Source: Rhodospirillales bacterium (GTDB lineage: Bacteria; Vulcanimicrobiota; Vulcanimicrobiia; Vulcanimicrobiales; Vulcanimicrobiaceae). From it: 44,288 nucleotides of DNA. Where the stretch lies: positions 1 through 44,288 of the forward strand of contig JANYGA010000291.1 in assembly GCA_025359485.1 (NCBI GenBank), read 5' to 3'. The position numbers and the translations under genes are program-made. Positions 22,633 to 31,586 of the stretch are shown piece after piece. Each line of letters starts with the position of its first letter. Position 1 is the stretch's first letter. The notes beneath the pieces were generated by a model. The model saw nothing but the letters and a program-made list of their open reading frames with translations, searched no databases and was not told the DNA's origin.

Positions 22633-24870
22633 TCAGCCCTTGGTCGCAGCGCGTTTCGGCAGCGTGATCGGGATACCGGCGAAGAGCGGGCTGCGGCATT
22701 GCCAGAGCAGGAAGCTAAATTCGTCCGTGATTAGTGCGATCCGTTGCTCGCGCGAAGCGGCGAGGAGCCCGTGTCCCGCATCGTAGTCGACACGCATTAA
22801 AACGGGGCGTCCGCTCGAACTCGCGTGTTGGAGTCGCGTTACGAACTTCGCCACCTGCCACGGCGCCACGCGCGGATCGTTGATGCCGGTGATGCCGATA
22901 ACCGCCGGGTACTTCGTCCCGTTCACGATATGCTGGTACGCATCCATCTTGTAGAGATCGTTGAAGCCGTCCGCCGTGCGCGGGTCGCCGAACTCCGGAA
23001 AGTTGACGGCGCCGTTCGGTTCGGCAATCGAGCGGAGAGCATCCGTGACGCCGACGCCGTCGATTGCGGCCGCGAAGAGTTCGGGATGCTGCGTGATCGC
23101 GCCGCCGACCATGATACCACCCGCGCTCGTGCCTTCGATCGCGAGGTGCGCGGCAGAGGTATATTTATTGGCGATCAGCCAACGCGCGGTTGCGATCGCA
23201 TCGTCGATCGTATGCTGTTTCGTAGGCCCCTTACCGGCAAGGTGCCACGACTCGCCCTTCTCACCGCCGCCGCGAACGTGCGCGACCACGTAAACGCCGC
23301 CCGCGTTCACCCAGGCCAACTGCGAATCCAAGAAATAGGGATCGATGTCGAGGCCGTAGGCGCCGTAGGCTTCGAGGTATGCCGGCGCCGAGCCGTCGAG
23401 TTTCTGCCCGCGCTTCATCGTGATCGAGACGGGCACCATCGCACCGTCTGTGCTCGGGACGCTCACCTCGAGCGAGTCGTACTGCGTGACGTCGATGTTC
23501 GGCGGTTTGACGATGCCGGTGTCGCCGAGGCCGCCGCTCGCGTCGAGGGTGTCGATCTGTTTCGGTTTCACCCACGACACGAGTCCGACGATGGCGCCGT
23601 CGACGCGCCGATCGACGGCGAACTCTTCGAGCGTCCCGCTAAACGGAAGCGCGACGTCGGCGATCGGGCCGAGCGCTCCGCTCGGCGTGAACGGCAGTTT
23701 TCGCAAACGGGCGAGGCCGCTCTCGATACCGCGCACGTAGAGCGCATCTTTGGCAACGCCGACCTGCTGGACGACCGTCGAGCTTTCCGGAACGACGACG
23801 CGTGCCGTTGCCGCGGGGTCGGCTTGGCGCAGATCGAGCGCCGTGACCTTAAAGCTCAGCGCATCCTTGTGCGTCTGTAGGTACAGCGTGTCGCCGCGAA
23901 CGTCGAAGCCCACCACGGCGTCGCCGACATCGACGATCTTCCGCCAGGGAATCGATCCGCCCGCGAGCACCGCGCTCGCGGGCGCGGCGTACACGGTAAT
24001 TTCGTTTTGGACGCCGTGCGCGATCGTGCCCAGCGCGAACGTGCTCCCGAGCGGAAAGATGACGGCCGGCTGATCGATCGGAACGAACGGTACCTTCGAA
24101 TCGACTCCGCTACCGAAGACGACCGGATCGTTACCTGTCGCACCGAGGACGTGCTCGTACGTGCGCGCGTTGAGTTCGCGTTCCGCTTCGTGACCGGGCT
24201 GTAGCGCGATTGCGGGCGGATTATTGTAGTAGAGCGCCTTCCCATCGGGGCTCCAGGATGTGACGCCGAACCAGGTATGCTGCAAGGCGTCCGGAGCCGG
24301 CGTACCGGTCGCGACGTCGATGATGCGCGTGAACGTCTCGAACTCGGCGCCACCCGGCACCAGACTCACCGCAACCTTCGACGCATCGGGCGTGGGCAGC
24401 ACTTCCGAGATCGAAAGATGTGCTTTCGATCCGATCTGCTTTCCGAAGGCGTCCGGGTCGAGCAACAAGCGCGACGTCCCCTTGTCCGTGCGCACCATGA
24501 GGCGCGCATCGTTGGCTCCGGCCGGACGCTCGAGATAAAATATTCTGTCGGCGCTGCGAACGACACCGCCGACGGTGGTGCCGGCATCGACCAGCCGTGC
24601 GATATCGGCTTGCAATCGTTCGCGGCCCGGTCGGAGTTGGCCGAGTACGGCCTTCGTGTAATTCGCCTGCGACTTAAAGTAGGAGCGCACCGCCGGACTC
24701 TTCAAATCCTCGAGCCGCCGATACGGATCGGTCAACGTGCGGCCGCCCGGGTAACGATCGGCGACCCTTCCGGCTACGGCGGTTGGCGGTCCCGCCGGCC
24801 AGGAAACCGTTGCGATGGCGACCGCCCCGGTGGACGCGATCAAGACAGCGGTTATCGCAGAACGAAGCAT
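22633..24870 (-). CDS. Prolyl oligopeptidase (S9A family), probably secreted
   Basis: The S9A N-terminal signature is 'DPYRRLEDLKSPAVRSYFKSQANYT'. The catalytic contexts are 'IEGTSAGGIMVG', 'GINDPRVAPWQ' and 'DYDAGHGL'. I chose the ATG at 24870 (MLRSAITAVLIASTGAVAIATVS, signal-like) rather than the ORF-track start at 24981. Confidence 0.9.
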   Translation of the reverse strand: MLRSAITAVLIASTGAVAIATVSWPAGPPTAVAGRVADRYPGGRTLTDPYRRLEDLKSPAVRSYFKSQANYTKAVLGQLRPGRERLQADIARLVDAGTTVGGVVRSADRIFYLERPAGANDARLMVRTDKGTSRLLLDPDAFGKQIGSKAHLSISEVLPTPDASKVAVSLVPGGAEFETFTRIIDVATGTPAPDALQHTWFGVTSWSPDGKALYYNNPPAIALQPGHEAERELNARTYEHVLGATGNDPVVFGSGVDSKVPFVPIDQPAVIFPLGSTFALGTIAHGVQNEITVYAAPASAVLAGGSIPWRKIVDVGDAVVGFDVRGDTLYLQTHKDALSFKVTALDLRQADPAATARVVVPESSTVVQQVGVAKDALYVRGIESGLARLRKLPFTPSGALGPIADVALPFSGTLEEFAVDRRVDGAIVGLVSWVKPKQIDTLDASGGLGDTGIVKPPNIDVTQYDSLEVSVPSTDGAMVPVSITMKRGQKLDGSAPAYLEAYGAYGLDIDPYFLDSQLAWVNAGGVYVVAHVRGGGEKGESWHLAGKGPTKQHTIDDAIATARWLIANKYTSAAHLAIEGTSAGGIMVGGAITQHPELFAAAIDGVGVTDALRSIAEPNGAVNFPEFGDPRTADGFNDLYKMDAYQHIVNGTKYPAVIGITGINDPRVAPWQVAKFVTRLQHASSSGRPVLMRVDYDAGHGLLAASREQRIALITDEFSFLLWQCRSPLFAGIPITLPKRAATKG

Positions 24871-25119
24871 CGCCCGGTGTTGTACGGGGACGTTCACCTT
24901 TCTTGCCCAGCCGTGAGCCTCCAACGAGCGCCGGCCGGTATGCGCGCGCTTAGCGCGAAAGTCGCTTTCGGTTTTTCTCACTGGCGACGGTCGCGAAGCT
25001 CGTCCCCCGAATCGAGGAGGTGGTCCGGCGGCGCGCTAGTCGAGCGCGGGAGTTGCTCAGGGTTCCAAGCCCCTACGACGAGGGGTGATTTTGCGTCGTC
25101 CGCGGGAAAGAGCTTATCC

Positions 25120-28100
25120 ATGGATTCGGCTCTCGATCGCAATGCGAGCATGCGCGACCGCATCGAGTCGTTCGGCTGGGCGTCGACATCGATGGGGCCG
25201 CGGGAAACGTGGCCCGAGAGCTTACTGACCGTCCTATCCCTCGCCCTCAACACGTCGTTCGCGATGATGATCATGTGGGGGCCGGACCTCGTTCAGATTT
25301 ATAACGAGGGGTACGTCCCGATCCTCGGCGATAAACACCCCGCCTCGCTCGGTCAGGGTGCGGAAGCGTGCTGGAACGACATTTGGAATTCCGTCGGCCC
25401 GATGTTACGCGGGGTCTACGATCGCGGCGAGCCCGTCTATTATGAAAACTTACCGCTTCAGATGCAGCGACACGGCGGTTACGAAGAGGCGTTCTTTACG
25501 TTTTCGTATTCGCCGATTTACGATGGCGGCGTCGTCGCGGGGATCATCTGCGTCGTAAGCGAGACGACGGCGCACGTCTTACGCGAACGCGAATTTGCCG
25601 AACGCGCGACCGCGCTCGCCGAACTCGATCGCGCGAAGACCGAATTCTTTAGCAACGTCAGTCACGAGTTTCGCACACCGCTGACGCTCATGCTCGGGCC
25701 GCTCGACGAATTGCGGCGCGACGTCGAGCCGCGCAACGCGCCGCTCGTCGATATGACGAAACGCAACGCGCTCCGACTGCTCAAGCTCGTCAATACGTTG
25801 CTCGAGTTCGCGCGCATCGAAGCGGGCCGCGTCGATCCGCTCTATCAGCCGACCGATCTCGGCGCGTTCACGCGGGAACTCGCGAACGTCTTCCGGCCGG
25901 CCGTCGAAAGCAGCGGCCTCCGCTTCGACGTCCGCGTGGAGCCCGTCGGCACCGTCGCGATCGATCGCAATATGTGGGAGCGCATCGTTTTCAATCTGCT
26001 CTCGAACGCGCTCAAATTTACCATCGACGGTTCGATCTCGCTCGAATTCCGCGCGACGAATGGCGAGATCCGTCTCGATGTTCGCGATACCGGGAGCGGC
26101 ATCGCCCCAGACGACCTCGCGAACGTCTTCGAACGTTTCCATCGCGCCCGGAACGCACCGGCATCGCGTTCGCACGAAGGAAGCGGCATCGGGCTCGCGC
26201 TCGTGCAAGAACTCGTCCGGCTCCACGACGGCACGATCGCGGTCGAAAGCGAGCTCGGCATCGGAACGACGTTCTCGATCGCGTTGCCGAGCGTGCCTTT
26301 GACCGCGGCGACGGGCGACGCCGACGAATTCGCCCTCGCCGCCGCACCGACGCTCGCCGCGCAGTATCTCGCGGAAGTCGAGGCGCTCGCGCAGCCGCTC
26401 GGCGGCACGTCGCACGTCGGCGACGATGCTCCAACCGCATCTCGCGAGCCAAAGCGTCAACGGCTCGGGTCGATCTTACTCGCGGATGACAATGCCGATC
26501 TGCGCGCGTTCGTCTCGCGCGTGCTTTCACCGCATCACGACGTCACGCTGGCGAAAAATGGACGGGAAGCGCTCGAAATCGCGCGCGCGCGTCGCTTCGA
26601 TCTCATCATCAGCGACGTGATGATGCCCGAACTTGACGGATTCGGTCTGCTCGACGCGTTGCGCGCGGAACCCGCCACGAGCCGCACGCCGTTCATCATG
26701 CTCTCCGCGCGCGCCGGCGAAGAGGCCGCGGTCGGCGCCCTCGCACGCGGAGCCGACGATTATCTCATGAAGCCGTTTTCATCCGACGATTTGCTCGGCC
26801 GCGTCGACGCGCATCTCAACGCCGCGACCTTACGCGAGAAGGTCATCGCCGATCTGCGCGAGAGCGAAGAACGATTCCGCGCGCTCACCGCATCGATGCC
26901 GCACATCGTCGTGGAAAGCAACGGCTTCGGCAACCTCGTCTACGCGAGCGACGCGTTCGCCGCGTACACGGGACGTCCGATATCCCGCGCGCTCGGCGAC
27001 GGGTGGATGAGTTTCATGCATCACGACGACCGGCCGGAAGCCGTCGTCTCCTGGAACCGTTCGATGGAGACGGGTGACCCCTTCATCGCGGAATTCCGCT
27101 ATCGACGCGCCGACGGTACGTACCGCTGGCACGTCGCGCACGTCCTCGCGCAGCATGGTGCCGACGGCGCGCTCGTGCGGTGGACGGGCACGATTACCGA
27201 TCGCCACGAAGCGCGAACCGCGATCGACGAGCGCGAGGCGCTCGCGCGTGCCAGTCGTTCCCTCTCGGAATCGCTAGATCTCGCGACGACGCTGCGTACC
27301 GTCGCGAAGGTCGCCGTTCCGCGCTTCGCCGACTGGGTGCAGATTGATCTGCGCACCGAACACGGCACCATCGAGACGGTCGCGATCGCTCACGGAGAGG
27401 CCGCGAAAAACGCGTTCGCGCAATCCTTCGTGGGGCGCGAGCACATCAATGTGGAGGCCGACGTCGGTAGTCCCTTCGTGATCCGGACCGGTCAACATTA
27501 TCTCGTCGAATCGTTTCCGATGGAAGCTCTCGAAAGCGCGGTACTCGACGAAGAAACGCGCGCCATGTACCGCAAACTCGGCCTCGTTTCCGCGATTGCC
27601 GTACCGCTCGTCGCGAACGATCGAACCCTCGGCGCGTTGTCGGCCGTCTATTCGGAATCGGGTCGCCATTACACGCACGAAGATCTGCCGTTGCTCGAAG
27701 AGCTCGGCCGGCGCGCCGGCCTCGCGATCGAAAACGCCAGCGCCTTCCAACGCGAGCACCGCGTCGCCGACTCGTTCCAACACGCATCGTTGCCCAACGC
27801 ACTGCCGACCGTTCGCGGGTTGCGATTCGACGCGATCTATTCGCCCGGTAGCGCCGAAGCGCTCGTCGGCGGCGATTGGTACGATGCCGTCCGACTCTTC
27901 GACGGCCGCATCGTCATTTCGATCGGCGACGTGCTCGGAAGCGGGCTCGATGCGGCCGTCACGATGGGGAACGTGCGCCAGATCATTCGCGGCATCGCGC
28001 AGGTGCACGCCGATCCCGCGCTCATGCTCGATGCCGCCGATCGCGCGCTACGTCTCGAACACGATTCGAAATTCGTCACCGCGTTCGTCGCCGTGCTCGA

Positions 28101-28869
28101 CCCGATCGCGGGCACGCTCGCGTACGCCTCGGCGGGCCATCCGCCGCCCATCTTGCGCCATCCCGACGGTCGCATCGAAGCGCTCGGCGACGGCGGCCTC
28201 CCGCTCGGCCTGCGCGATTCGCGCGATCTCGGCGACGGACGCAGCGTCGACATCACGCGCGGATCGCAATTGGTGCTCTATACCGATGGCCTGACAGAAT
28301 CGTCGCGGGATGCCCTCGCCGGCGAGGAGCGGTTACGAGAGATCGTCGCGGGCGGCGCGTTCTTGGAGGCCGAGCGGCCGGCCCACTTTATTCGCGAAAC
28401 GTTTCTCGGCGGAAAACGCGGCACGGACGACATCGCGATCCTCGTCATCGGTATCGACGCCGATCCGACGGCCGACACCGACGCGAGTGACGTCCAGCAT
28501 TGGGTCTTCGACGTTCTGGACGTGCGCGCGGCCCGAGCGGCTCGCACCGAATTTCGGACGGCGCTCGCGGCGCGGAAGATCGACGCGCAACGCGCGCACG
28601 CAGCCGAACTCGTCTTCGGCGAACTCGTCGGGAACGTCGCGCGTTACGCACCCGGGAGCGTGCGCGTTTCGATCGATTGGACGACGGTGCCGCCCGTGCT
28701 CCACGTGATCGACGATGGTCCGGGTTTCCAACATCTCGCCCTCCTCCCAAACGACGTTTACAGCGAGTCCGGCCGCGGACTCTATCTCGTCTCCACCCTC
28801 ACTCGCGACTTCCACGTTGCCAAACGCCCACGCGGTGGCAGCCACGCCCGCGCCGTCCTCGCGGTCTAA
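25120..28869 (+). CDS. Multidomain megasensor: PAS-like, HisKA-HATPase_c, receiver, PAS, GAF, PP2C (SpoIIE) and an RsbW-like kinase domain
   Basis: I chose the ATG at 25120 (MDSALDRNASMRDRIESFGWASTSMGPRETWPESL). The ORF-track start at 24277 lies antisense inside the peptidase gene. Domain evidence in order: N-terminal PAS-like 'MIMWGPDLVQIYNEGYVPILG..FFTFSYSPIYD'; H-box 'FFSNVSHEFRTPLTL'; 'LLSNALKFT', 'VRDTGSGI' and 'GSGIGLALV'; receiver 'ILLADDN..DLIISDVMMPELDG..DDYLMKPF'; PAS 'EERFRALTASMPHIV..'; GAF; PP2C 'VGGDWYDAV', 'ISIGDVLGSGLDAAV', 'SAGHPPPIL' and 'LYTDGLTES'; C-terminal GHKL boxes 'GELVGNVARYA', 'HVIDDGPGF' and 'ESGRGLYLV'. Confidence 0.9.
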   Translation: MDSALDRNASMRDRIESFGWASTSMGPRETWPESLLTVLSLALNTSFAMMIMWGPDLVQIYNEGYVPILGDKHPASLGQGAEACWNDIWNSVGPMLRGVYDRGEPVYYENLPLQMQRHGGYEEAFFTFSYSPIYDGGVVAGIICVVSETTAHVLREREFAERATALAELDRAKTEFFSNVSHEFRTPLTLMLGPLDELRRDVEPRNAPLVDMTKRNALRLLKLVNTLLEFARIEAGRVDPLYQPTDLGAFTRELANVFRPAVESSGLRFDVRVEPVGTVAIDRNMWERIVFNLLSNALKFTIDGSISLEFRATNGEIRLDVRDTGSGIAPDDLANVFERFHRARNAPASRSHEGSGIGLALVQELVRLHDGTIAVESELGIGTTFSIALPSVPLTAATGDADEFALAAAPTLAAQYLAEVEALAQPLGGTSHVGDDAPTASREPKRQRLGSILLADDNADLRAFVSRVLSPHHDVTLAKNGREALEIARARRFDLIISDVMMPELDGFGLLDALRAEPATSRTPFIMLSARAGEEAAVGALARGADDYLMKPFSSDDLLGRVDAHLNAATLREKVIADLRESEERFRALTASMPHIVVESNGFGNLVYASDAFAAYTGRPISRALGDGWMSFMHHDDRPEAVVSWNRSMETGDPFIAEFRYRRADGTYRWHVAHVLAQHGADGALVRWTGTITDRHEARTAIDEREALARASRSLSESLDLATTLRTVAKVAVPRFADWVQIDLRTEHGTIETVAIAHGEAAKNAFAQSFVGREHINVEADVGSPFVIRTGQHYLVESFPMEALESAVLDEETRAMYRKLGLVSAIAVPLVANDRTLGALSAVYSESGRHYTHEDLPLLEELGRRAGLAIENASAFQREHRVADSFQHASLPNALPTVRGLRFDAIYSPGSAEALVGGDWYDAVRLFDGRIVISIGDVLGSGLDAAVTMGNVRQIIRGIAQVHADPALMLDAADRALRLEHDSKFVTAFVAVLDPIAGTLAYASAGHPPPILRHPDGRIEALGDGGLPLGLRDSRDLGDGRSVDITRGSQLVLYTDGLTESSRDALAGEERLREIVAGGAFLEAERPAHFIRETFLGGKRGTDDIAILVIGIDADPTADTDASDVQHWVFDVLDVRAARAARTEFRTALAARKIDAQRAHAAELVFGELVGNVARYAPGSVRVSIDWTTVPPVLHVIDDGPGFQHLALLPNDVYSESGRGLYLVSTLTRDFHVAKRPRGGSHARAVLAV

Positions 28870-28936
28870 TTCGTGGAACGACGCACCTCGCTCGAAGCGG
28901 ACGGCGATTTTCAAATCGTGGCCGATCGATCCGCAG

Positions 28937-29335
28937 ATGATTTGGGTCACGCGAGCCGATGGATATCACGAACGCTATAACCGTCGCTGGTACGAATACG
29001 CAACGCTCGTCGCACGATCCGATGCGCGCTCCGTTGGCGCACGCGACGTGCTCGAAACGGCCGCCCACGAAGCGGCGATTCTCAGTTCCAATCCGATCAA
29101 TGGCCAAGATAACGACTTCTCGCGCGACCTCTTACGCGAGCGCGTGCAATCGCTTCTCAACAGCGCGTCGCTCCACGTCCCGACGGGTCACGCCGCGTTC
29201 GTACGCGACCGCATTCCCCCACTCCAGACGGTGCTGCGCGACGCGGGCCTCTCACCGATCGATCTCGCCGCCGAACCGCTTAAAGCGAAGCCTGGTGAAT
29301 ATCGCGACGAACACGCCGCTCGGCGCGGTGACTAG
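28937..29335 (+). CDS. Hypothetical protein with a PAS-beginning-like N-terminus (possibly a domain remnant)
   Basis: This is the only protein-like frame in 28870-29280. 'QMIWVTRADGYHERYNRRWYEYATL' resembles the first strands of sensor PAS domains ('IW.A.PDG...Y.N.RW.EYTG'), but the rest does not continue the PAS pattern. The 3' end overlaps the convergent ORF 29280-29936 by 56 nt. Confidence 0.3.
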   Translation: MIWVTRADGYHERYNRRWYEYATLVARSDARSVGARDVLETAAHEAAILSSNPINGQDNDFSRDLLRERVQSLLNSASLHVPTGHAAFVRDRIPPLQTVLRDAGLSPIDLAAEPLKAKPGEYRDEHAARRGD

Positions 29336-29936
29336 CGACGACCGGCGTGCCCACGCGTGCGCGGCCGCGCTCGCTCGCATCGGCGATGAGGCGGTTCGAA
29401 ACGGCTTGTGCGAGCTCGTCGACACCGGTTTCGAGCGTGAGGAAGTCACCCTTGTAGCCGAGGTCGTAGGGTCCATTGATACGGCCCGTCGCGACGTCGA
29501 CGATCGAGACTTCCGAGCCCCAAATCATCGAGAGCGCGCGCGTCACCGACCCGTACACGACGGTATCGGCGTGCACCGCGCGACCGATCTTGCGCGCGCA
29601 CGCGGCATCGTCACACGCGCGATAGGGCGACTCCTGATCGATGCCGGCCGCCGCGAGTGCCTTCGCGACACGGTTCGGCGCGATGCGCGTCCCGCCGTCG
29701 CGCGAGCGGATGCCACGCGCGATCGCATCGCCGTACGTCGTGCGTTCGACCTTGCTCGCGAAGACTTGATACGGCACGCCCGTATCGCCCGCCACGAGCG
29801 GAAGCATCGCATACGAGCTCGCGTTCGTCTGCGCGACGGCAGGCGTAACTGCAAAAGACACGATCGCGCTAAACGCGAGCGCCATCGCGAGCGCATTTGT
29901 GCGAACGCGCGTCGGGCATCGGAGAAGTCGATTCAT
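29280..29936 (-). CDS. Secreted hypothetical protein (TolB-N / LpoB-like small domain suspected)
   Basis: I chose the ATG at 29936. The signal peptide is 'MNRLLRCPTRVRTNALAMALAFSAIVSFAVTPAVAQT'. The pattern 'CDDAACARKIGRAVHADTVVYGSV..VSIVDVATG' resembles small periplasmic regulator domains. The start overlaps the stop of the DUF5522 ORF as ATGA. Confidence 0.6.
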   Translation of the reverse strand: MNRLLRCPTRVRTNALAMALAFSAIVSFAVTPAVAQTNASSYAMLPLVAGDTGVPYQVFASKVERTTYGDAIARGIRSRDGGTRIAPNRVAKALAAAGIDQESPYRACDDAACARKIGRAVHADTVVYGSVTRALSMIWGSEVSIVDVATGRINGPYDLGYKGDFLTLETGVDELAQAVSNRLIADASERGRARVGTPVVASHRAERRVRRDIHQASL

Positions 29937-30118
29937 GACACCTCCTTTACCCACGATTCGGGCATTCCTACTTCCGTCGGACTCGGAACGTTGACATGGC
30001 TGTAAGGACAATGTCGGCAGCGATTCCCGCAACACGTTCCGCGGCGTAAATGATAGGCCGCGGTGAAAACGAGGAAGCCGTTTTCCACGTAAAACTCGTC
30101 GTCCGACATCGCGCCCAC
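29933..30118 (-). CDS. Small cysteine-rich protein, DUF5522-like ('CCG..C.HCPY' motif)
   Basis: The 61-aa sequence is 'FLVFTAAYHLRRGTCCGNRCRHCPYSH'. It starts 8 nt after the purF stop and overlaps the next gene by 4 nt. Confidence 0.65.
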   Translation of the reverse strand: MGAMSDDEFYVENGFLVFTAAYHLRRGTCCGNRCRHCPYSHVNVPSPTEVGMPESWVKEVS

Positions 30119-30126
30119 GCCGCGAA

Positions 30127-31557
30127 TTATCGCGCGGCGGTCGCGAGAACGGCCGGCCCGTTGTAGGTTTCGGGATATTCACCCGTGAGGCAGCCCATGC
30201 ACATCTGACCGCGTTTGCGTGCGATCGCATCGAGCAATCCCTCTTTACTTAAGTACCCGAGCGAATCGGCACCGATCTTCTCACGGATCTCGTCGATCGT
30301 GAAGTTCGCCGCGATCAGTTCGTCGTGTGAGGCCATGTCGACGCCGAGATAACACGGATGGATGATCGGCGGTGACGTGATACGCACGTGCACTTCGCGC
30401 GCGCCCGCGTCGCGTAAGAGTTTCACGATGCGCGGCGTCGTCGTCCCGCGCACGATCGAATCGTCGACGACGACCACACGTTGGCCCGCGAGTAGCTCCA
30501 CGATCGGATTGAACTTGAGTTGCACGCCACGCGCGCGCATTTTTTGATCGGGACTGATGAACGTCCGGCCGATATAACGGTTCTTAATCAATCCTTCGAC
30601 GTACGGCAAACCCGCCTCTTGCGCGTAGCCGATGCCGCCGGGGATCGCACTATCGGGGATCGCCATCACGACGTCGGCATCGACGGGATGCTCGCGCGCG
30701 AGTTGGCGACCCATCGCCATCCGTGCCATGTAGATCGATTTGCCGCTGAGCACCGAATCGGGCCGCGCGAAATAGATGTACTCGAACATGCATAGCGCCT
30801 GCGGCTTGTGGTGCGCCATCTTGTCGTAATGGAGGCCGTCGTTATCGACCCACATGATCTCGCCCGCATCGAGTTCGCGAATGTACTGCGCGCCCACGGT
30901 CGCAAGCGCGCACGACTCCGATGCGAACATGTAGCCGCCACCGGGAAAGCGCCCGTAGCAGAGCGGTCGAACGCCCCAAGGATCGCGGAATGCGTAGAGC
31001 GATTTCTCCGTCGACATCACGATCGAATACGCGCCTTCGGCTCGACCCATCACGTGCCGGATTCGCGCGATCATGTCGGCGCCCGGCGCCTGCACGATCG
31101 CCTTCGCGAGCACTTCGGAATCCGACGTCGCCTGCAACACCGTCGCCGCATCGAGCGTCGAGCGCAGGTCGCCCGTATTGGTGAGATTACCGTTGTGGGA
31201 GACGGTCACGTCGCCGAAATCGGCGTGTTCGAGCAGGGGCTGCGCGTTGACGACCACCGACGACCCCGTCGTGGAATAGCGCGTATGGCCTACCGCAATG
31301 TAGCCCGTCAGGTTTCCGAGTATCTCCTCATCGAAGATACTCGAGATGAGCCCCATCTCGCGATGACAGACGATCGTCGCGCCGTCCGAGACCGCGATGC
31401 CCGCCGATTCTTGGCCGCGATGCTGCAAGGCATAGAGGCCAAAATACGCGTGGCGCGCGACTTCATTTCCGGGTGCGTAGATGCCGACGACCCCGCAAGC
31501 TTCGTGGAGCGTGTCGCCGGCCGGCATCGGCGCCTCGGCATCGTACGACCTAGCCAT
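30127..31557 (-). CDS. purF: Amidophosphoribosyltransferase PurF (Fe-S, propeptide-bearing type)
   Basis: The catalytic Cys context 'HEACGVVGIYA' follows a ~20-aa leader, and the PRPP loop is 'VVVVDDSIVRGTT'. Cys residues align with the B. subtilis 4Fe-4S ligands: 'ALCMFEYIYFARPDS', 'HPCYLGVDM' and 'CMGCLTGEYP'. Confidence 0.95.
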   Translation of the reverse strand: MARSYDAEAPMPAGDTLHEACGVVGIYAPGNEVARHAYFGLYALQHRGQESAGIAVSDGATIVCHREMGLISSIFDEEILGNLTGYIAVGHTRYSTTGSSVVVNAQPLLEHADFGDVTVSHNGNLTNTGDLRSTLDAATVLQATSDSEVLAKAIVQAPGADMIARIRHVMGRAEGAYSIVMSTEKSLYAFRDPWGVRPLCYGRFPGGGYMFASESCALATVGAQYIRELDAGEIMWVDNDGLHYDKMAHHKPQALCMFEYIYFARPDSVLSGKSIYMARMAMGRQLAREHPVDADVVMAIPDSAIPGGIGYAQEAGLPYVEGLIKNRYIGRTFISPDQKMRARGVQLKFNPIVELLAGQRVVVVDDSIVRGTTTPRIVKLLRDAGAREVHVRITSPPIIHPCYLGVDMASHDELIAANFTIDEIREKIGADSLGYLSKEGLLDAIARKRGQMCMGCLTGEYPETYNGPAVLATAAR

Positions 31558-31586
31558 GTGCTAGAGGCAGTACGACGACGACGCGC

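Noticed and set aside
24277-25119. The 281-aa N-terminal extension of the 1530-aa ORF-track entry for the megasensor.
   Set aside because: It lies antisense within the prolyl oligopeptidase gene and in the intergenic region and is R/G-rich. The conserved PAS-like N-terminal domain begins right after the ATG at 25120.
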